A stretch of DNA of 63,972 nucleotides from Nitrosovibrio sp. Nv4 (lineage in GTDB: Bacteria > Pseudomonadota > Gammaproteobacteria > Burkholderiales > SG8-39): contig CAMDRF010000003.1 in the NCBI GenBank assembly GCA_945906765.1, positions 1-63,972 of the forward strand, written 5' to 3'. Numbering within the stretch: the first letter of the stretch is position 1; each line of letters starts with the position of its first letter. The position numbers and the translations under genes are program-made. The notes beneath the pieces were generated by a model, which was not told where the DNA came from, ran no database searches, and saw only the letters and a program-made list of their open reading frames with translations. Positions 11,144 through 20,779 of the stretch are shown here, piece after piece.

Positions 11144-12223
11144 ATGACTGAACACAAAATTGCGGTAATCCCCGGCGATGGCATCGGCCGGGAAGTGATG
11201 CCCGAAGGCGTGCGCGTGATGGAGGCTGTCGGCGCGAAACACGGCATTTCATTCAAGTGGCAGGAATTCGACTGGAGCTGCGACTGGTACAAAGCGCACG
11301 GCAAGATGTGCCCGGACGACGCCCAGCAGATCCTGCGCGGCTACGACGCGATCTACTTCGGCGCCGTCGGCAACCCTGCCATCGTCGCCGACCACATCTC
11401 GGCCTGGGGCCTGCTGATCAATTTCCGGCGCTGGTTCGACCTGTATGTGAACCTGCGCCCGGTGCGGCTGTTCGAGGGACTGCCCTGCCCGCTGGCGGGA
11501 CGCAAGCCCGGCGACATCGATTACTACGTGATCCGCGAGAACACCGAGGGCGAGTACGGCAATGTCGGCGGCCGCATGTTCGAAGGCACCGAACGCGAAG
11601 TCGTGACGCAGCTGTCCGTATTCAGCCGCAAGGGCGTGGACCGGATCATGAAATACGCCTTCGAGCTGGCGAAGATACGCAAGCATCACGTCACGAGCTG
11701 CACCAAGTCCAACGGCATCTCGATCACCATGCCGTATTGGGATGAGCGCTTTGACGAAATGAAAAAGAACTATCCGGGGGTACGCACCGACAAATACCAC
11801 GTGGACGGGCTTTCCATCCAGCTGGTGCTCAATCCGGAGCGCTTTGACGTGATCGTGGGTTCCAATCTGTTCGGCGACATCCTGTCCGACCTCGGCCCCG
11901 CGACCGCCGGCACCATCGGCATCGCGCCTTCGGGAAATATCAATCCCGAACGCACCGCGCCCTCGATCTTCGAGCCGGTGCACGGCTCGGCGCCGGACAT
12001 CGCCGGCAGGAAAATCGCCAACCCGATCGGCCAGATCTGGTCCGGTGCGCTGATGCTGGAACATCTCGGCCATCCGGAAGCCGCCGCCGACGTGGTGCGC
12101 GCCATCGAGCGCGTCATCATCGACGGCCCGCACACGCCCGACATGAAGGGCAAGGCTTCCACCTCGGAGGTGGGCGCCGCCGTCGCGCAAGCGGTCCGCG
12201 CGCAATCCAAGATAGCGGCTTGA
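11144..12223 (+). CDS. Tartrate/D-malate dehydrogenase (decarboxylating), copy 1
   Basis: IPGDGIG, RENTEGEY, TKSNG, NLFGDILSD, FEPVHGSAPDI. Confidence 0.9.
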   Translation: MTEHKIAVIPGDGIGREVMPEGVRVMEAVGAKHGISFKWQEFDWSCDWYKAHGKMCPDDAQQILRGYDAIYFGAVGNPAIVADHISAWGLLINFRRWFDLYVNLRPVRLFEGLPCPLAGRKPGDIDYYVIRENTEGEYGNVGGRMFEGTEREVVTQLSVFSRKGVDRIMKYAFELAKIRKHHVTSCTKSNGISITMPYWDERFDEMKKNYPGVRTDKYHVDGLSIQLVLNPERFDVIVGSNLFGDILSDLGPATAGTIGIAPSGNINPERTAPSIFEPVHGSAPDIAGRKIANPIGQIWSGALMLEHLGHPEAAADVVRAIERVIIDGPHTPDMKGKASTSEVGAAVAQAVRAQSKIAA

Positions 12224-13269
12224 AGACCTACCGTATCGCGTCGATTCCAGGCGACGGGATCGGCAAGGAGGTAATTGCCGCCGGGATCGATGTTCTGAAT
12301 TCGCTTTCTGAAAAAGAAAATTTTAGAATCGAATTCACCGCATTCGACTGGAGCTCGGAGCGTTACCTCAAGACCGGCGCCTATATCCCCGAAGGCGGTC
12401 TGGATACGCTCAAGACCTTCGACGCGATCTTCTTCGGCGCCGTCGGCTCGCCCGATGTACCCGACCATATCTCCCTGTGGGGCCTGCGGCTGCCCATCTG
12501 CCAGGGCTTCGACCAGTACGCGAATGTCCGTCCATCCAGGGTTTTGCCCGGCGTTGATTCACCCCTGAAGAATGGAACGGCGATTGACTGGGTCATCGTC
12601 CGCGAGAACACGGAAGGCGAATATTCCGGTTCCGGCGGCCGCGTGCACAAGGGATTGCCCGAAGAGATTGCTACTGAAACGTCGGTCTTTACGCGTGTCG
12701 GGGTCGAGCGCATCCATCGCTTCGCCTTTGAGCTCGCAAAATCCAGGAGGCGAAAACACCTCACTCTCGTCACCAAGTCGAACGCTCAGCGCCACGGCAT
12801 GGTGCTTTGGGATGAAATATTTTTCGAATTAAAACCCGAATTTCCGGAAGTACAAACGGAGCGCGTCCTGGTGGATGCCATGACCACGCGCATGGTGCTC
12901 AAGCCGGAGTCGATCGACACCGTTGTCGCCTCCAACCTGCACGCCGACATCCTCTCGGACCTCGCGGCCGCCCTCTCCGGCTCACTCGGCATCGCGCCAA
13001 CCGCGAACCTGAACCCGGAGCGCAAATTCCCGTCCATGTTCGAACCCATTCACGGCTCTGCCTTCGACATCACCGGCAAGGGCATCGCCAATCCGATCGC
13101 CACCTTCTGGACCGCCGCGATGATGCTCGATCACCTTGGAGAGCCGAAGGCCGCGGCGCGGCTCATGAAAGCGATCGAGCGCACCACAGAGGAGCAGGTC
13201 TTCACGCCCGATCTCGGCGGCGTGCATGACACGTGCGCCGTGACCAACGCCGTCAAGCGCGCGCTCTAG
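12220..13269 (+). CDS. Tartrate dehydrogenase family, copy 2
   Basis: IPGDGIG, RENTEGEY, TKSNAQRHG, NLHADILSD, FEPIHGSAFDI; TTGA overlap. Confidence 0.9.
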   Translation: MKTYRIASIPGDGIGKEVIAAGIDVLNSLSEKENFRIEFTAFDWSSERYLKTGAYIPEGGLDTLKTFDAIFFGAVGSPDVPDHISLWGLRLPICQGFDQYANVRPSRVLPGVDSPLKNGTAIDWVIVRENTEGEYSGSGGRVHKGLPEEIATETSVFTRVGVERIHRFAFELAKSRRRKHLTLVTKSNAQRHGMVLWDEIFFELKPEFPEVQTERVLVDAMTTRMVLKPESIDTVVASNLHADILSDLAAALSGSLGIAPTANLNPERKFPSMFEPIHGSAFDITGKGIANPIATFWTAAMMLDHLGEPKAAARLMKAIERTTEEQVFTPDLGGVHDTCAVTNAVKRAL

Positions 13270-13286
13270 CGGGATAACATGCGGCC

Positions 13287-14696
13287 ATGACATCGGCCGT
13301 TATCCTTCCTTTCTGGGCCTTCGTGGTCGTGGCGGTGCTTGCCGCCTGGGCCGCATATGACAAGCTGCTGATGCCGGCGCTGCGCTGGTTCATGGCTGGG
13401 CGCACCAATGTCGTGCTGGAGGAAGTCTCGACGCGCCTGCGCATCAGCGTGCGCCCCTTCCAGCACACGCGACGGCAGATCCTGATCCACCGGCTGCTGG
13501 GGGACCCGAAGGTCCAGGCGGCCGTCGAGCAGTACGCCGCGCAGAACAAGGTTCCGCTGCCGGTGGTGCTGGCCACGGTCGAGCGCTATGCGCGCGAAAT
13601 CGTCCCCGCATTCAACGCCTACCTCTACTTCCGCATCGGCAACTGGATCGGGCGCAAAGTTTCGCAAGGCCTGTACCGCGTGCGCCTTGGATTCGTCGAT
13701 ACCGAGGCTTTGAAGTCGGTTTCCGAGAACGCCACGGTGGTATTCGTGATGAACCACCGCTCCAACATGGACTACATCCTTGCCGGCTACCTGGCGGCGG
13801 ACCAGGCGGCGCTGTCCTACGCGGTCGGCGAATGGGCGCGCATCTGGCCGCTGGCGGCATTGATCCGTTCCATGGGCGCTTATTTCGTGCGCCGCAATTC
13901 CAAGGACGAGCTGTACCGGCGCGTGCTGGAGCGCTACATCTCGATGGCCACGCAGGCGGGCGTGCCGCAGGCGGTGTTCCCGGAGGGCGGCCTGACCCGC
14001 GACGGCCTGATGCGCGAGCCCAGGCTGGGCGTCGTCGACTACATGCTGCGCGGCTTCTGGCTGGATGGCGCGCGCGACCTGGTGTTCGTGCTTCTGGGCT
14101 TAAACTACGACCGCGTGCTGGAGGACCGCACGCTGCTGTTGTCGGCGGATCCGGATGCGCGCAAGCCCGGCCGCTTCTGGGCGGCATGGAATACGCTCGG
14201 GTTCGCCGCCAACAATCTGCGCCTGATGCTCAACAGCGAATGGCGCCGCTTCGGCTATGCCTGCGTCAATTTCGGCGCGCCGGTTTCCATGCGCGAGTAC
14301 TGCGCCCTGCGCGGCCTGGATTTCCAGAAGCTCTGAGGCGAAGAACGCCGGCGGGCAATCAGCGAACTCGGCAGCCACCTGATGGCGGCCGTTGGCCGCA
14401 TCGTGCCCGTAGTACCGGTACCCCTTATTGCTTCAGTTCTACTGCATCACGCGGAAAAACAGATTTCCGAGCTTGAACTGAAATCGGACGTGGAACGACT
14501 GATCGCAAAACTCGAAGCCGCCGGCGCGCACGTCTACATTCCGCGCAAGGATCTGGATTACGCCGTCTCCGTAGGCCTGCGCATGCTCACCCTGCGCCGC
14601 CTGGTGGACGAAAAGGACGGCCTCTATGCGGTGCGGCTGGTCGAACTGCCCCTGATCCGCTACTACTCCAACTCGATCGCGCACCTTTTACCGTAA
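13287..14696 (+). pseudogene. Glycerol-3-phosphate acyltransferase (PlsB/PlsC-like) interrupted by an in-frame TGA at 14334-14336
   Basis: NHRSNMD (HX4D) and FPEGG motifs; the frame continues after the TGA into the ORF ending 14696. Confidence 0.8.
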
Positions 14697-14713
14697 GGCG
14701 GCGACGGAAAAGG

Positions 14714-15022
14714 TCAGCGCCTTTCGAGGTCGCGGTTCGCCTCTTGCACATCGCGGCGCAACCGCTGGCGCTCTTCCGCGCTGCGTCCCGGCTCGAGGCC
14801 GCGCTGCTCGCGCGCTTCTTCGCGCGTCATGTTCCCGCTGCGCACCTGTTCGCGCAGGCGCTGGCGCTCCTCCCAGCTCATGCGCCGCTCGGGCGGCGGC
14901 ATCGGCCGCCCGAACTCGCGCTGCATATGTCGCCCCGGGTCCCCTTGCGGCCGCCCCGGCCCGGGCTGGGCGAGCGCCGGGCAAAGCACGAGAATGAGCA
15001 GCAAGGCGGCAAGCGATTTCAT
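14714..15022 (-). CDS. Small exported protein with repeated EERQRLR motif
   Basis: Signal-peptide-like MKSLAALLLILVLCPALA; divergent from ompR. Confidence 0.7.
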   Translation of the reverse strand: MKSLAALLLILVLCPALAQPGPGRPQGDPGRHMQREFGRPMPPPERRMSWEERQRLREQVRSGNMTREEAREQRGLEPGRSAEERQRLRRDVQEANRDLERR

Positions 15023-15078
15023 GGCCCAGGATGGTACGTGGCCCCTGCCTCGCCGGACTGCCCGAAAAATAAAATTTT

Positions 15079-15123
15079 GTAACAATTCATGTCCACCGCG
15101 GGCAGAGGTAACACGTTGTTTCA
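15079..15123. promoter_or_regulatory. Possible OmpR-family binding half-sites
   Basis: GTAACA 15079, GTAACA 15108, GTTTCA 15118 (10-bp spacing) in the AT-rich divergent intergenic region. Confidence 0.35.
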
Positions 15124-15157
15124 TGATGAAACCCGCGCCAAGGTACGCTGCCACCGC

Positions 15158-15901
15158 ATGAGTGAACTGAAAACCAGAATACTTGTAGTGGATGACGACC
15201 AGCGGCTGCGCGAGCTGGTGGTGCGCTACCTGACCGAGCAGGGCTTCGAAGCGCGCGCCGTGCCGGACGCGACGGGCATGGACAAGCAGCTTGCGCGCGA
15301 GCGCTATGACCTGGTGATGCTGGATCTTATGCTGCCGGGCGAGGACGGCCTGGCGATCTGCCGGCGGCTAAGGGGCGCAAAAGCAGCGCAGGCCAACGCG
15401 CCCGCGATCATCATGCTGACCGCGAAGGGCGATGAGGCCGACCGCATCGTAGGCCTTGAGATGGGCGCCGACGACTACCTGCCCAAGCCGTTCAATCCGC
15501 GCGAGCTGGTGGCGCGCATCAATGCCGTGCTGCGCCGCCGGCTGCCGGTCGGCCCGCCGGGTGCGCCGGCGACCGGCACCGAGGTCCACCGCTTCGGCGC
15601 ATTCGAATTCAACCTCGCCACGCGACGCTTGGAAAAAGAAGGTAAACCGGTCTCCCTCACAACGGGCGAATACTCGGTGCTCAAGGTCCTGGTGCAGCAC
15701 CCGCGCCAGCCGCTGTCGCGCGACAAGATGATGGAGCTCGCGCGCGGCCGCGAGTACGGCGTCTTCGACCGCTCGATCGACGTGCAGATCTCGCGCCTGC
15801 GCAAGATCATCGAGGCGGATTCCGCGCACCCGCAGCACATCCAGACGGTGTGGGGCTTCGGCTACGTATTCGTGCCGGACGGCGCGGCGCGGGAAACATG
15901 A
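15158..15901 (+). CDS. ompR: Two-component response regulator, OmpR family
   Basis: [32 protein letters not shown]. Confidence 0.93.
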   Translation: MSELKTRILVVDDDQRLRELVVRYLTEQGFEARAVPDATGMDKQLARERYDLVMLDLMLPGEDGLAICRRLRGAKAAQANAPAIIMLTAKGDEADRIVGLEMGADDYLPKPFNPRELVARINAVLRRRLPVGPPGAPATGTEVHRFGAFEFNLATRRLEKEGKPVSLTTGEYSVLKVLVQHPRQPLSRDKMMELARGREYGVFDRSIDVQISRLRKIIEADSAHPQHIQTVWGFGYVFVPDGAARET

Positions 15902-17178
15902 GTCTCTTCGCGCGGTCGTTCCTGCTGATCGCGCTTCTGATCCTCGCTTCGGCGGCCGCCACGGTTCAGCTCTATCGCGTCTACGAGCGCGAGCCACGCG
16001 CCCGCGAACTCGCGCAGCAGACGGTGAGCATCGTCAACCTGACCCGCGCGGCGCTGGTGAATGCCGATCCCGTCCTGCGGCGCAACCTGCTGATCGAGAT
16101 CAATGAACGCGAGGGCATTCGCCTCGCGCCGCTCACCGGCGGCGAGGTGCTCGAGCCGCTGCCGGGCGAGGCTCTCTTTGAGCTTGTTTCAAGGCGAATA
16201 AAACAGGCGCTTGGCGAGCAGACCCGGTTTGCCTACGCACGCGACCGGGTGGAGGGCTTCTGGGTGAGCTTCAGCATCGACGAGGACGAATACTGGGTGA
16301 TGCTGCCGCGCGAGCGCTTCGAGCCGCCGTTCGGCCTCGAGTGGCTGAGCGGCGGCCTCGCCCTGCTCGGCTTGGCGCTGGCCGGGGCATGGCTCATCGC
16401 CTCGACTCTGAGCCGGCCCCTGGGCGCGATCGCGGCCGCCGCGCGCGAAGTCGGGCGCGGCCAGCCGCCCGCCCCGCTCGCCGAGACCGGCCCGACGGAA
16501 ATGCGCACCGTGTCGGTCGCGTTCAATCGCATGGCGGGCGATCTTGCGGCGATGGAGCGTGAGCGCGCCATGGTGCTTGCAGGCATTTCGCACGACCTGC
16601 GCACGCCCCTGTCGCGCCTGCGGTTGGCGATCGAAATGAGCGGCGCCGACCGAGAGACCATCGAAGGCATGGGCGCCGACGTCAAGGATATGGACAAGAT
16701 AATCAGCCAGTTCCTCACCTTCGCGCGCGGCGAGGACGAACCCCGGGTCGAAGGCGATCTGAACGCGTTGGTGGCGGCAATCGTCGAGGGTTACCGCAAG
16801 CGGGATCAGTCCGTCGTGCTTTCATCCGGAAATCTTCCGGCGCTGCGCTTCGCGCCGCTCGCTGTGCGTCGCGCGCTCACCAATCTCATCGACAACGCCT
16901 TGCATTACGCGGGGGGCATGGTCGAGGTCGGAACGCGGCAGGAAGGCGCCATGGTGCTGGTCGAAGTCCTGGATCGCGGTCCGGGCGTGCCGGACAGCGA
17001 ACTCGAGCGCCTCAAGCGCCCCTTCACGCGCCTGAACGAGGCACGCAGCGGCGGCGGCGGCGCGGGACTGGGCCTGGCAATCGTCGAGCGTATCGCGCGC
17101 GCGCACGGTGGGCGCTTCGAACTCGCGGTGCGCGAAGGCGGCGGACTGGTGGCGCGGCTCGGAGTCGCGGCCGTCTGA
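15898..17178 (+). CDS. Sensor histidine kinase, EnvZ/RisS-like
   Basis: HAMP domain, SHDLRTPL H-box, NLIDNA, DRGPG, GLGLAIV. Confidence 0.92.
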   Translation: MSLFARSFLLIALLILASAAATVQLYRVYEREPRARELAQQTVSIVNLTRAALVNADPVLRRNLLIEINEREGIRLAPLTGGEVLEPLPGEALFELVSRRIKQALGEQTRFAYARDRVEGFWVSFSIDEDEYWVMLPRERFEPPFGLEWLSGGLALLGLALAGAWLIASTLSRPLGAIAAAAREVGRGQPPAPLAETGPTEMRTVSVAFNRMAGDLAAMERERAMVLAGISHDLRTPLSRLRLAIEMSGADRETIEGMGADVKDMDKIISQFLTFARGEDEPRVEGDLNALVAAIVEGYRKRDQSVVLSSGNLPALRFAPLAVRRALTNLIDNALHYAGGMVEVGTRQEGAMVLVEVLDRGPGVPDSELERLKRPFTRLNEARSGGGGAGLGLAIVERIARAHGGRFELAVREGGGLVARLGVAAV

Positions 17179-17181
17179 ACT

Positions 17182-18138
17182 TCAGTTTTTCCGCTGCGGA
17201 TCCCTCGCTGCCTCAGCGAGCAGCCAATTGCGGAAAGCGACCACATCGGCACGCTTTGCCGTGTCCTCGCCGCTGACGATGTGATAACCGAACTTCAGCG
17301 GCAACGAGAGATCGAGCGGCGCCACCAGCCTGCCGGACGCCAGGTCGGATTGCGCGAGCACCGGCATGCCGATCGTCACGCCCATGCCGTCAGCCGCTGC
17401 TTCGAGCGCGAGCATGGCGTGGCTGAAGCGCAATCCATGCGACGTATCGGCCTGCGGCATGCCCGCCGCCTCGAACCATGCGTCCCAGAGCTGCCGGCCG
17501 TCGTCGTAGGTGACGTTGTCGTGGATCAGGACGTGATGCCGGAGATCTGCCGCCGTGCGCAACGGATGCGTGCCTTCCACCAGCCGGGGGCTGCACATCG
17601 GCGTCACCGCCACCGCCAGCAGCTTGTCGACGCGGAAACCAGGGTAATCGCCGGTGCCGAAGCGCACCACGATGTCCGCATCCTCGACCGGCGAGCCGGC
17701 GACCGCGTCGCCCGGTGCAAATTCGTCCTTTTTCGGATCGATCAGGCGCGTGCTGGCGTTGATCCTCACGTCGAGTTCGGGATACGCGCTGACGAAACGG
17801 TGCAGCCTGGGCGCCAGCCAGCGCGTCGCGAACGATGTCGCCACGCTTACCGCCAGGGTCCCCGGCTCCTCAATCGCGCGCATCTCGTCGAGGGCCTCGC
17901 CGAGCCGGTCAAAGCCTTCTCGCAGCTTGGGCAGGAGTGCCTGCCCTGGGCGTGTCAACTCGAGTCCCCTCGCCAAGCGCCGGAACAGCTTCAGCCCGAG
18001 ATGCTCTTCCAAGCCCTTGATCTGGTGACTGATCGCCGCGGGGGTGACATGCAGCTCCCGGGCAGCCGTGGCGAAGCTAAGGTGACTCGCCGCGGCGACA
18101 AAGGCTCGCAGCGCGTTTAGCGGAGGGAGGCGTTCCAT
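17182..18138 (-). CDS. LysR family regulator, GcvA-like
   Basis: LPPLNALRAF, TPAAISHQIK, RWLAPRL. Confidence 0.92.
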   Translation of the reverse strand: MERLPPLNALRAFVAAASHLSFATAARELHVTPAAISHQIKGLEEHLGLKLFRRLARGLELTRPGQALLPKLREGFDRLGEALDEMRAIEEPGTLAVSVATSFATRWLAPRLHRFVSAYPELDVRINASTRLIDPKKDEFAPGDAVAGSPVEDADIVVRFGTGDYPGFRVDKLLAVAVTPMCSPRLVEGTHPLRTAADLRHHVLIHDNVTYDDGRQLWDAWFEAAGMPQADTSHGLRFSHAMLALEAAADGMGVTIGMPVLAQSDLASGRLVAPLDLSLPLKFGYHIVSGEDTAKRADVVAFRNWLLAEAARDPQRKN

Positions 18139-18332
18139 CGCCGTGCCTTTGGAGATAATTTTTCTAACCTTTTAGCAAAGAAAAGATCAGTTGCTGCGTT
18201 GCAACTAATTAATACAAGACCTGTCAATATAGATACTCCATAACAGTCGGTTGTATTTAACATTTATTACAGCACTGTAATAGTGCGCTGCAATAAAAAA
18301 GGCATAAAGGTCAATGGCCAAGGAGAATATCA

Positions 18333-18554
18333 ATGAATCAAAAGATTAGCAAAACTAATGAAAACCTCGCCTTCTTCAATGCACGCCTGGACGAAGTCCG
18401 GATGAGCGGCCACGAGCGCCTGCGGGCCAAGGCCCGCCTAGCCCAGACAGAGGCGATCGCCGATACCGTGTTCGGCTTGATCAGTATCGGCAAGCGTCTG
18501 CTGAAGTCCCTGGTGGCGCGCGCGGTGCGGCGCCCGACCACCTCCGCCGGCTGA
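18333..18554 (+). CDS. Small hypothetical protein (73 aa)
   Basis: AAGGAG Shine-Dalgarno; divergent from the LysR gene. Confidence 0.7.
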   Translation: MNQKISKTNENLAFFNARLDEVRMSGHERLRAKARLAQTEAIADTVFGLISIGKRLLKSLVARAVRRPTTSAG

Positions 18555-18559
18555 ACGCC

Positions 18560-18991
18560 ATGGCCCCGGTGCCTGGCGTCGCCCACCTTGCGCTGGACAC
18601 AACGCAGAAGATCGCCGAACTCGGCTTGAGCGTGGACCCCGCCTGCCGTGGCAAGGGCCATGGATTCCCCCTGCTGCAGCGGGCCGTCCTGCATGCCGCC
18701 AACCTCGGCTACCGCGTCCTCTTCATGTACTGCCTGGCCGAGAACCGGATCATGATGCACCTCGCCCGCAAGGCCGGACTCACCCTGGTGGTGGAATACG
18801 GCGAAACCGACGCGCGCTTGGCGCTCGACCGGTTGACGCATGGTGGCGCGCTCAAGGAAGCGATGGCGGACCAATTCGCGCTGGTCGACTGCATGCTGAA
18901 ACAGCAATACCTGTGGCTGGCGCGCCCGCGTTCAGTTGGGGAAATGCCTGCGGGTGAGCGCCGCGAGAGCGTGCTCGCCGGAGTCGGCTGA
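18560..18991 (+). CDS. GNAT acetyltransferase, probably missing its N-terminal part
   Basis: GVAHLA..AELGLSV..RGKGHG..CLAENRIMMHLARK; GNAT core starts at residue 6. Confidence 0.7.
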   Translation: MAPVPGVAHLALDTTQKIAELGLSVDPACRGKGHGFPLLQRAVLHAANLGYRVLFMYCLAENRIMMHLARKAGLTLVVEYGETDARLALDRLTHGGALKEAMADQFALVDCMLKQQYLWLARPRSVGEMPAGERRESVLAGVG

Positions 18992-19558
18992 TTTCTCCAG
19001 TTGCGCCGCGATCAATTCCATTTCCTGGCGGCCGCGGTTCTGTGACAGCTTCCAGCGCGCCTCGATCCGCGTGGCCGAAATCGAGAAATTGACGATACCG
19101 TCCAGCATCTTCGCGACGTATTCCTCGCGCAGTGCGTCGAACTTCGGCAGCCATTCCGGATCGAGGCTTTCGATCAGGCGCCGCTGCGATTCGGATTTCG
19201 CCTTCCTGTCGGAAATGATCGCCGGCACGCCGTAGGCGTGCACCGCGGTGTAATTCCAGGTCGGCACGCGCTCCTGGTCGGCGTACCAGCGCGGCGAGAT
19301 GTAGGCATGCGGCCCGGTGAAAATGACCATCACCTCGTCGCGCATCTCTCCCGCACGGAATTCCTTCCACTGCGGATTGTTCTTCGCCATGTGCATGTCG
19401 ATGACGATCTTCGATCCATGCTCGTGGATCGTCACCGGAAGATGCGAGGCATGCAGCACGCCACCGGTTCCGGTGACGAGAATCGGAAAATTGTTCGCTC
19501 GCAGGAAGGCCAGCAATTCGGGCCTGTCTTCGAGACGATTGTAGTCAGGCGTATACAT
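18932..19558 (-). CDS. FMN-binding negative transcriptional regulator (PaiB-like)
   Basis: ASHLP, HMAKNNPQW, GPHAYISPRWY, VPTWNY, KLSQN; alternative start 19570. Confidence 0.9.
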   Translation of the reverse strand: MYTPDYNRLEDRPELLAFLRANNFPILVTGTGGVLHASHLPVTIHEHGSKIVIDMHMAKNNPQWKEFRAGEMRDEVMVIFTGPHAYISPRWYADQERVPTWNYTAVHAYGVPAIISDRKAKSESQRRLIESLDPEWLPKFDALREEYVAKMLDGIVNFSISATRIEARWKLSQNRGRQEMELIAAQLEKSADSGEHALAALTRRHFPN

Positions 19559-19566
19559 CCATGTCC

Positions 19567-20034
19567 TCATTCGATGAGCGCGACGGCCTGCGCCGCGATG
19601 CCTTCACCCCGCCCCGTGAAGCCGAGCATTTCCGTGGTCGTGGCTTTAACGCTGACGGCGGCGGGCTTGAGGCCGAGGTCCGCCGCGATATTGCCGATCA
19701 TCCGCGCCACATACGGCGCCATGCGCGGCGCCTGCGCGATGATGGTGGCATCGATATTGACGATGCGATAGCCCTGCGCACCGATCTTTTTTCCAACCTC
19801 TTGCAACAGAGTACGGCTATCCGCGCCCCGGTACGCCGGATCGGTGTCCGGATAGTGCCAGCCGATATCGCCCAGCGCCGCGGCGCCGAGCAGCGCATCG
19901 CAGATCGCGTGCAGAAGAACGTCCGCGTCGGAATGGCCGTCGAGACCTTTTTCATACGGGATTTCCACGCCGCCGACCACCAGCTTGCGTCCCTCGACGA
20001 AGGCATGAACGTCGAAACCCTGTCCGATTCTCAT
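19567..20034 (-). CDS. ispF: MEP cyclodiphosphate synthase
   Basis: [22 protein letters not shown]. Confidence 0.97.
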   Translation of the reverse strand: MRIGQGFDVHAFVEGRKLVVGGVEIPYEKGLDGHSDADVLLHAICDALLGAAALGDIGWHYPDTDPAYRGADSRTLLQEVGKKIGAQGYRIVNIDATIIAQAPRMAPYVARMIGNIAADLGLKPAAVSVKATTTEMLGFTGRGEGIAAQAVALIE

Positions 20035-20723
20035 CGCTTCTCCAGGATTGCTTGCGCGATCTTCAGATCCTCCGCGAATGTCACCTTGATATTCTCGCGG
20101 CTCCCCGTCACGAGCCGTGGACGCAATCCCATCTGCTCCACCGCGCCGGCTTCGTCGGTGACCGCGGTCTTTGCCTCCTTCAGCGCTTCCATCAGCAAAC
20201 CGAAGCGAAACATCTGCGGCGTCTGCGCGAGCCAGAGCTGGTTGCGATCCTCGGTACCGGCGATCCTCTGTGCGCCAGCTTCATCTTTCGCTACCCGCTT
20301 CACCGTTTCGGACACCGGCAGCGCGAGGATGCCGCCCACCTTGTCGTTGCCCACCTCGCGGATGAGATTTTCCAGGTCCTTTTTAGGCAGGCACGGCCGC
20401 GCTGCATCGTGCACTAGCACCCAGTCATCCGCATCGACCGCCGCCATTGCCGCCACCATGCCGTTGTACACCGTCTCGCGCCGCGTCTCGCCACCGCAAT
20501 AAAGCGGCTCCAACCGTCCGGCGAATGCGCTCCAGTCGAATTGCGCAAACTGCTTGTCCCGAGGCGCCAGCACCACAAATATATTTTCGACGGGCGCCTC
20601 GCACATGGAGCGCACTGCATGCCACAGCATCGGCTTGCCCGCGAGTGGCTGGTATTGCTTCGGAATTTCTCCCCGAAGCCTTGTGCCAGCGCCGGCGGCG
20701 GGAATCAGCGCGTAGAGCGTCAA
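20031..20723 (-). CDS. ispD: MEP cytidylyltransferase
   Basis: [26 protein letters not shown]; TTG start. Confidence 0.96.
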   Translation of the reverse strand: MTLYALIPAAGAGTRLRGEIPKQYQPLAGKPMLWHAVRSMCEAPVENIFVVLAPRDKQFAQFDWSAFAGRLEPLYCGGETRRETVYNGMVAAMAAVDADDWVLVHDAARPCLPKKDLENLIREVGNDKVGGILALPVSETVKRVAKDEAGAQRIAGTEDRNQLWLAQTPQMFRFGLLMEALKEAKTAVTDEAGAVEQMGLRPRLVTGSRENIKVTFAEDLKIAQAILEKR

Positions 20724-20779
20724 TTCAAAAACTTTCGTGTTTTCAACACCGTATAATTGCATGGCGCTTCTTTCTTGTC

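Noticed and set aside
14334-14336. Selenocysteine recoding of the in-frame TGA, given a SelD-associated oxidoreductase at 52855-53940
   Set aside because: Non-catalytic position, no Cys-type context, no convincing SECIS stem-loop; the oxidoreductase has no SelD domain.
20447-20779. Long N-terminal extensions in the ORF track (mfd, clpX, serB, pyrD, bamC and others)
   Set aside because: Extensions overlap neighbouring genes; starts were reset to where family resemblance begins.
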